NCBI GenBank assembly: GCA_038328165.1
Contig: JBBQLT010000010.1
Span: 9,663 to 73,662 of the forward strand
Length of the DNA: 64,000 nt
DNA from: Gaiellales bacterium
Lineage (GTDB): Bacteria; Actinomycetota; Thermoleophilia; Gaiellales; Gaiellaceae
Direction: 5' to 3'
The translations under genes and the position numbers were made by a program. This document shows positions 58,371 to 64,000 of the stretch, in pieces. The notes under the pieces were generated by a model. The model ran no database searches. It was given only the letters and a program-made list of their open reading frames with translations, and was not told the origin of the DNA. How positions within the stretch are numbered: the stretch's first letter is position 1; the number at the start of each line of letters is the position of its first letter.

Positions 58371-59528
58371 ATGGGCGAGGAACAGCGCGTCTCCTGGCAG
58401 GAGCTCCTCGCGACGTCCCGCGAAGCGTTCGAGGACGGCACCGACTTCACCGTTGCAGTCGAGGAGGAGTTCGCGCTGCTCGACCCGCACACGCTCGAGC
58501 TCACGGACCGCTTCGAGGAGCTGTACGCGGCCGCGATCGAGACCGACCTCGCGCCGAACATCGTCGGCGAGCTGATCGCGTCCGAGGTCGAGGTGCGAAC
58601 CGGACGCTGCGAGAACTTCGGCGAGGCGGCGGCGACGATGTACGAACGCCGCGGTCAGCTGCACGCGGTCGCACGCGAGCTCCAGCTCGGGTTGGGGGGC
58701 ACCGGATCCCATCCCTGGAGCCGCTGGCAGGACCAGCGCATCATCGATACACCGCACTACCGCCGCAACGATGAACTGCTGCGCTACGTCGTCTGGCGCA
58801 ACAACACCTTCGGCCTGCACGTGCACGTCGGCATCGCCGGCGCCGACCGTGCGATCGCAGTGCACGACGCCCTGCGCAACTTCCTGCCGGAGTTGCTCGC
58901 CCTGTCGGCGAGCTCGCCCTTCGTCGAGTCGGTCAACAGCGGGCTACATTCTGCGCGCACCCAGATCTTCACCCGCATGTTCCCGCGCTGCGGCATCCCG
59001 GATCCGTACGGCAGCTGGCAGGGATGGGAGGACTACGTCGCGTTCCTCTATCGAACCCGCTCGATCGCCGAGCACACCCAGGTCTGGTGGAGCGTCCGGC
59101 CGCACCTTGCCTACCCGACGATCGAGATTCGCATCTGCGACGGCCAGCCCGACCTCGCCGAGGCGAGATCGCTCGCCGCCCTGAGCTATGCCCTCGCCGC
59201 CCGCTGTGCGCGCGCAGTCGACGAGGGCGAGCCGCTGCCGAGCCTGCCACACCGGCTGCTCGAGGAGAACATGTGGCGGGCAATCCGCTGGGGCCTCTCG
59301 GGCGAGCTGCTCGACTTCGAGCACGGAGGCCCCGTCCCCGCCCGAGAGCGAATTGCGCAGCTCATCGACTGGGTCGGTCCGGTCGCCGAGGAGATCGGCG
59401 CCGCGCCCTACCTGGCCGTCCCCCAGGCGAACGCCGCCGAGCGGCAAATCGCCCGGTTCGCGCAGGGCGCGTCGCTCGCAGAGGTTTATGCGGACGAAGT
59501 GCGGGCGGGGGAGCCGGTCGGTGGCTGA
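58371..59528 (+). CDS. carboxylate-amine ligase, glutamate--cysteine ligase family 2 (YbdK-like)
   Basis: FTVAVEEEFALLD...GTGSHPW...FGLHVHVGI...IEIRICD, typical GCS2 motifs. Confidence 0.85.
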   Translation: MGEEQRVSWQELLATSREAFEDGTDFTVAVEEEFALLDPHTLELTDRFEELYAAAIETDLAPNIVGELIASEVEVRTGRCENFGEAAATMYERRGQLHAVARELQLGLGGTGSHPWSRWQDQRIIDTPHYRRNDELLRYVVWRNNTFGLHVHVGIAGADRAIAVHDALRNFLPELLALSASSPFVESVNSGLHSARTQIFTRMFPRCGIPDPYGSWQGWEDYVAFLYRTRSIAEHTQVWWSVRPHLAYPTIEIRICDGQPDLAEARSLAALSYALAARCARAVDEGEPLPSLPHRLLEENMWRAIRWGLSGELLDFEHGGPVPARERIAQLIDWVGPVAEEIGAAPYLAVPQANAAERQIARFAQGASLAEVYADEVRAGEPVGG

Positions 59529-59799
59529 GCAAGGAGAGAGCCCCGAGTTCGACGCGGCGGCGCTCCACGAGCAGCTCGCGTCGTTCGACGTCGACCAGTT
59601 CATCCTCTCGGCTGCCTCGACGATCGCAACTCTCGCCTACGCGAAGCTCGACCGCAACGATCTGCCGCAGGCGCGCAAGGCGATTGACGCCCTGGCCGCC
59701 CTCACTCCACTCGTCGACGGCGAGCTCGCCGTCGAGCTCCGCGGAGCGCTCGCAACCCTTCAACTCGCCTACGCGGAGGCCGCCTCGGGCACGGTCTGA
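59521..59799 (+). CDS. DUF1844-like small acidic protein
   Basis: GTG 59521 overlaps the upstream gene by 8 nt. VDQFILSAASTIATLAYAKL...ALAAL resembles DUF1844. Confidence 0.55.
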   Translation: MAEQGESPEFDAAALHEQLASFDVDQFILSAASTIATLAYAKLDRNDLPQARKAIDALAALTPLVDGELAVELRGALATLQLAYAEAASGTV

Positions 59800-59837
59800 C
59801 CGGAGCGACATCCCGAGCTTGTGATACATAATCGCCC

Positions 59838-59857
59838 GCGCTGAAGCCCTTCGGCGC
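59838..59857 (+). terminator. possible terminator hairpin before hppA
   Basis: GCGCUGAA-GCCC-UUCGGCGC (8 bp including one G.U pair) followed by TTGACTTTGTG. Confidence 0.3.
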
Positions 59858-59882
59858 TTGACTTTGTGAGGGAAGGAAACCG

Positions 59883-61940
59883 ATGGACTGGTTCATGCAT
59901 CACCCTGTGCTCCTCGGGCTCGTCGGTGCCGGCGTGGCCGTGGGGTGGGGGATCTACCTGACCTTCTGGCTGCTACGGCAGCCGGCGGGCAACGAGAAGA
60001 TGAGAGAGATCTCCGCGGCCGTCCAGGAGGGTGCTGCGGCTTACCTCAAGAAGCAGTACACCGCGATCGCGATCGTCGCGGTTGTCCCGTTCCTGGCGCT
60101 CGGCCTCTACCACAAGCTCGGCTGGGGCACCGCGTTCGGGTTTCTCGTCGGTGCGATCCTCTCGTCGGCTGCCGGGTTTATCGGCATGAACGTCGCCGTG
60201 CGGTCGAACGCACGAACCGCAGAGGCGGCTCGTGGTGGCTTGAAGCCGGCGCTGAACGTGGCGTTCCGCGCCGGATCGGTGACGGGCCTACTCGTGGTCG
60301 GGCTCGGGCTCCTCGGTGTCACGGGCTACTACTGGTTCCTCACGGCGGGCCTGAACAACTCGCCGACCTCGGCGATCGATGACCTCGTCGGGCTTGCGTT
60401 TGGCGGCTCGCTGATCTCGGTCTTCGCGCGGCTCGGCGGCGGCATCTTCACGAAGGCAGCCGATGTCGGCGCCGATCTGGTCGGGAAGATCGAGGCGGGG
60501 ATCCCGGAGGACGATCCGCGCAACCCCGCAGTGATCGCCGACAACGTCGGAGACAACGTCGGCGACTGCGCCGGCATGGCCGCCGACCTGTTCGAGACCT
60601 ACGCGGTCACCGCGGTCGCCGTGATGCTGCTCGGCACCGCGTTCCCGGATGCGCGTCTCTATCTCTATCCGCTCGCGCTCGGCGGGGTCTCGGCCGTGTC
60701 GTCGGTGATCGGCACGTTCTTCGCGCGCCTCGGCAAGGGCGAGAACGCCGTCATCAACGCGCTCTACAAGGCGGTGCTCGTCGCGACGATCCTCTCCGCG
60801 CTCGGATTCATTCCGATCACGATGGCGTTCGACGGCGGCAAGTACGGCTTCACCGACCTCTACGTGTCGGCCGCGGTTGGCCTCGTCGTGACGTTCCTCC
60901 TCGTCGCGATCACCGAGTTCTACACTGGCACACGCTGGAATCCGGTGAAGGCGATCGCCAAGGCGTCTCAGACCGGCCACGCGACGAACATCATCGAAGG
61001 GCTCGCGGTCGGTATGCAGGCGACGGCGCTCCCGGTGATCGTGCTCGCTGCGGGAATCCTCATCGCGCATCATTTCGCCGGCCTCTTCGGCATCGGTGTC
61101 GCGGTGATGGCGCAGCTCTCGATGACCGGCCTGATCGTGGCGCTCGACGCTTACGGTCCGGTCACGGACAACGCGGGCGGGATCGCCGAGATGGCCGACC
61201 TGCCAGAAGGCGTCCGCGCGATCACCGATCCGCTCGACGCTGTCGGAAACACGACGAAGGCCGTCACGAAGGGCTACGCGATCGGCTCCGCCGCTCTGGC
61301 GGCGCTCGTCCTGTTCGCGTCGTACACGAAGGGACTCACCGACCAGGCACCGGCCGGCAGTTCCTTGTCGCACATCTCGTTCGACCTGTCCGACGCGTGG
61401 GTCATCGCCGGCCTCTTCATCGGTGGGCTCATGCCGTTCCTCTTCGCGTCGCTCGCCATGCAGGCGGTCGGCCGCGTCGGCGGCGAAGTCGTGCAGGAGG
61501 TGCGCCGCCAGTTCCGCGAGCACCCCGGGATCATGGACTACACCGAACGGCCGGACTACAGCCGCGCGGTCGGGATCGTCACGACCTCGGCGATCCGTTC
61601 GATGCTCCTGCCGGCCCTCATCCCGATCGGGTTCCCGATCGTCGTCGGGCTGATCAACGCGCGCATGCTCGGCGGCCTGCTGATCGGCACGATCGTCACC
61701 GGCCTCTTCCTCGCGATCTCGATGACCTCGGGCGGCGGGGCGTGGGACAACGCGAAGAAGTCGATCGAGGACGGCGCCTACGGCGGCAAGGGCTCCGAGG
61801 CGCACGCAGCCTCGATCACCGGCGACACCGTCGGCGACCCGTACAAGGACACCGCAGGCCCTGCGATCAACCCGATGATCAAGATCGCGAACATCGTTGC
61901 GATCCTGATCATTCCGCTGATCGTCTCGGTTCACGGCTGA
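59883..61940 (+). CDS. hppA: membrane-bound proton-translocating pyrophosphatase
   Basis: About 16 TM helices with [45 protein letters not shown] and [14 protein letters not shown]. Confidence 0.95.
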   Translation: MDWFMHHPVLLGLVGAGVAVGWGIYLTFWLLRQPAGNEKMREISAAVQEGAAAYLKKQYTAIAIVAVVPFLALGLYHKLGWGTAFGFLVGAILSSAAGFIGMNVAVRSNARTAEAARGGLKPALNVAFRAGSVTGLLVVGLGLLGVTGYYWFLTAGLNNSPTSAIDDLVGLAFGGSLISVFARLGGGIFTKAADVGADLVGKIEAGIPEDDPRNPAVIADNVGDNVGDCAGMAADLFETYAVTAVAVMLLGTAFPDARLYLYPLALGGVSAVSSVIGTFFARLGKGENAVINALYKAVLVATILSALGFIPITMAFDGGKYGFTDLYVSAAVGLVVTFLLVAITEFYTGTRWNPVKAIAKASQTGHATNIIEGLAVGMQATALPVIVLAAGILIAHHFAGLFGIGVAVMAQLSMTGLIVALDAYGPVTDNAGGIAEMADLPEGVRAITDPLDAVGNTTKAVTKGYAIGSAALAALVLFASYTKGLTDQAPAGSSLSHISFDLSDAWVIAGLFIGGLMPFLFASLAMQAVGRVGGEVVQEVRRQFREHPGIMDYTERPDYSRAVGIVTTSAIRSMLLPALIPIGFPIVVGLINARMLGGLLIGTIVTGLFLAISMTSGGGAWDNAKKSIEDGAYGGKGSEAHAASITGDTVGDPYKDTAGPAINPMIKIANIVAILIIPLIVSVHG

Positions 61941-61951
61941 TTAGCGCTCGT

Positions 61952-61979
61952 GCGGCGCGAGGCTTCGGCTTCGCGCCGC
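61952..61979 (+). terminator. stable hairpin with C(UUCG)G loop between hppA and the histidine kinase gene
   Basis: 11-bp stem GCGGCGCGAGG / CUUCGCGCCGC (one G.U pair) with loop CUUCGG. Only a weak U-rich tail follows (CGUUCUUGUG), so it may be an attenuator or stabiliser rather than a full terminator. Confidence 0.4.
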
Positions 61980-61992
61980 GCGCTACGTTCTT

Positions 61993-63237
61993 GTGATGCG
62001 CAGGCTTGCACCCGTGCTCGGGTCGGTCGCGGCGGTCGCTCTGGCGACCGGGATCGTGTACGCGCTGCGGCCGATTGCCCCGACGCTGAGCCTCGGCGTC
62101 GTCTACACGCCGGCAGTGCTTGCGACCTCGGTGTTCTGGGGGTTCGGCTTCGCAATGGCGACGGCGGTCGCCTCGATGCTCGCGTTCAACTTCCTCTTCC
62201 TGCCGCCCGTGCACACGCTGACGCTCGCCGACGGGCGCAACTGGACGGCTCTCGCCGTCTACGTGGTCACTGCCGTCGTTGCGAGCGAGCTCGCAGCGCG
62301 CGCCCGGCGTCGCGCGTCCGAGGCAGAGCAACGCGAGCGTGAAGCGGCGCTTCTCTCTGACGCGGCGGCGGCACTGCTGCAGGCGGCGCCGCTCGCCGAG
62401 ATTCGCAGCCGCGCGGACGAGCTGCTCGCTCGCAGCAACCCGATCTCCCGTCTGCGCCTCGAGGCGGCGCTCTCATCTCTGTTCGCCGTCTCCGCCGACC
62501 GCGAGCGACTCGAGGCGAAAGCGGTCGACGCCGAGGCGTTGCGCCGCTCGGACACGATTAAGACCGCGGTGCTGCAAACGGTCTCGCACGACTTCCGGAC
62601 CCCGCTCGCGACGATGGAGGCGGCGATCGGCGGCCTCCAGAGCGCTGCCCTCGAGCTGTCGGCGACCGATCGCGCCGAATTGCTCGACACGATCGGCCTT
62701 GAGGTCGGGCGCATGCGCCGCCTCGTCGAGAACCTGCTCGACCTCTCGCGGCTGCAGGCGGGCGCCGCGGTGACGCATGCCGAGCTGTGGCCGGTCGACG
62801 AGTTGCTCGCGCGCGCGGCCGCGGAGGCGGCGCCGGCGGGCCGCATTCGCATCGAGGTGCGCCTCGGTCTGCCGGCTGCGAAAGTCGACGCCGTTCAGGT
62901 GCAGCGGGCGCTCGTCAATCTGATCGAGAACGCCATGAAGTTCTCCCCAGCCGAGGCGCCGATCGACCTGCTCGGCCGCGAGGAGGATGGCAGGGTTGTG
63001 CTCGAGGTGCTCGACCGGGGGCGGGGGATCGACGAGACAGAAGCAGTGGTGCTGCTCGAGCCGTTTGTCCGCGGTAGCGGCGGCAGCACCGGTGGCTCTG
63101 GCCTCGGGCTTGCGATCGCAAACGGCTTTGTCGTCGTCAACGGTGGCACGCTGTCGCTCGCTGCGCGCGATGGAGGAGGGACGAGCGCGCGGATGACGCT
63201 CCCTGCCGAACGCGTCCCTGCGGCCGTGTCGCCATGA
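61993..63237 (+). CDS. kdpD: KdpD-like sensor histidine kinase lacking the N-terminal KdpD/Usp sensor domains (DUF4118-HisKA-HATPase only)
   Basis: DUF4118 membrane region (LGVVYTPAVLATSVFWGFGFA...FNFLFLPP), H-box VSHDFRTPL and N/G boxes (NLIENAMKFS, GSGLGLAI). 414 aa, against about 850-900 aa for full KdpD. Confidence 0.8.
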   Translation: MMRRLAPVLGSVAAVALATGIVYALRPIAPTLSLGVVYTPAVLATSVFWGFGFAMATAVASMLAFNFLFLPPVHTLTLADGRNWTALAVYVVTAVVASELAARARRRASEAEQREREAALLSDAAAALLQAAPLAEIRSRADELLARSNPISRLRLEAALSSLFAVSADRERLEAKAVDAEALRRSDTIKTAVLQTVSHDFRTPLATMEAAIGGLQSAALELSATDRAELLDTIGLEVGRMRRLVENLLDLSRLQAGAAVTHAELWPVDELLARAAAEAAPAGRIRIEVRLGLPAAKVDAVQVQRALVNLIENAMKFSPAEAPIDLLGREEDGRVVLEVLDRGRGIDETEAVVLLEPFVRGSGGSTGGSGLGLAIANGFVVVNGGTLSLAARDGGGTSARMTLPAERVPAAVSP

Positions 63238-63917
63238 GCACACGCATCCTGGTCGTCGATGACGAGCCGCAGTTCCTGCGCGCGCTCACGACCAACCTGC
63301 GCGGCGCGGGGTACAACGTCGAGACCGCGGCGAGCGCCGTCGACGCGCTCGCCGCCGCGGGCCTGTACCCGCCAGACGCGATCATCCTCGACCTCGTGCT
63401 CCCCGACCGGTCGGGGATCGAGGTGTGCCGCGAGCTCCGCACGTGGACCGACGCTCCGATCATTCTCGTCTCGGCGGTCGGCGAGGAGGACGAGAAGATC
63501 GCCGCCCTCGACGCGGGCGCCGACGATTACGTCACGAAGCCGTTCGCGATCGGTGAGCTGCTCGCTCGGCTGCGTGCTGCGCTGCGCCGGGCTGGCAACC
63601 CGGGCGAGCCAGTGCTCACCGTCGGCCCGATCACGGTCGACCTCGAAAAGCATACGGTCAGCGTCGCGGGCAAGGCAGTGCACCTGACGCCCCACGAGTT
63701 CCGGCTGCTGAGCCTGCTCGCGCAGAACGAGGGCAAGTTGCTGACCCACCGGTCGATCCTGCGCGAGGTCTGGGGTCCCGCCTACGGCGATGAGTCGAAC
63801 TATCTGCACGTCTACGTCTCGCAGCTCCGCCACAAGCTTGAACCCGATCCGGCACGTCCGCGGTTTCTGCTCACGGAGCCGGGCGCGGGCTACCGACTCG
63901 TCGCGCCGGAGGACTGA
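63234..63917 (+). CDS. kdpE: OmpR/KdpE-type response regulator
   Basis: Receiver domain ILVVDDEP...DLVLPDRSG...VSA..., then a winged helix LTPHEFRLLSLLA...LHVYVSQLRHKLEPD...GAGYRL. ATGA overlap with the kinase gene. Confidence 0.9.
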   Translation: MSTRILVVDDEPQFLRALTTNLRGAGYNVETAASAVDALAAAGLYPPDAIILDLVLPDRSGIEVCRELRTWTDAPIILVSAVGEEDEKIAALDAGADDYVTKPFAIGELLARLRAALRRAGNPGEPVLTVGPITVDLEKHTVSVAGKAVHLTPHEFRLLSLLAQNEGKLLTHRSILREVWGPAYGDESNYLHVYVSQLRHKLEPDPARPRFLLTEPGAGYRLVAPED

Positions 63918-63961
63918 CCTCTCCTGGCAACGCGACCGTGTGCACAGTTCGTGACGTTTCG

Positions 63962-63979
63962 GTAACGGTGCCTGGCACC
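63962..63979. repeat. palindrome-containing repeat GTAACGGTGCCTGGCACC, copy 3
   Basis: Identical 18-mer located 45 nt after the kdpE-like stop. The flank TGTGCaCaGtTCGTgAC resembles the flank of copy 2 (TGTGCgCgGaTCGTcAC). Confidence 0.85.
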
Positions 63980-64000
63980 GGTCCCGGCGGGCGGATCGCA

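Overview
This is a 64 kb, very GC-rich, tightly packed chromosomal segment. Third codon positions are almost all G/C, and many adjacent genes overlap by 1-4 nt. Gene content and order look actinobacterial, possibly a deep-branching lineage such as Thermoleophilia or Rubrobacteria; that placement is inference only.

Most of the window is core housekeeping:
- valS-folC-ndk
- an expanded rod-shape locus: maf, a kinase-like gene, mreB, two GNAT genes, mreC, mreD, mrdA, rodA and a DUF697-like gene
- rne-rplU-rpmA-obg-nadD-rsfS followed by tRNA-Ala(GGC)
- sucA, uvrB, uvrA and a panB/panC operon
- tsaE-tsaB-rimI-tsaD
- an S8 protease, gdhA, rex, a GT4 glycosyltransferase, a GCS2 ligase, hppA and a truncated kdpD/kdpE-like pair

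I saw no rRNA, CRISPR array, transposase or integrase.

Observations most worth follow-up:
1. A complete 354-aa LAGLIDADG intein (47956-49017) interrupts a family-4 uracil-DNA glycosylase inside the conserved KCRPP motif.
2. A small accessory segment lies downstream of tRNA-Ala. It holds a mazF/RHH toxin-antitoxin pair with a perfect 9-1-9 operator palindrome, an orphan textbook terminator, and about 660 nt with no credible gene.
3. An 18-20 nt palindrome-containing repeat (CCGTAACGGTGCCTGGCACC) occurs three times in intergenic DNA.
4. TGGTCT(A)GACCA-type GntR-like operators sit in two unrelated intergenic regions.
5. A perfect Cheo/LexA box overlaps an apparently leaderless uvrA promoter.
6. 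Smaller items include a cytochrome-c C-terminal relic, a 59-aa ORF missed by the ORF track, and a glutaredoxin-like gene with no canonical start codon.

I found no multi-gene cluster that I can defend as a new defence-type system. The accessory clusters of unknown function are listed as separate findings.
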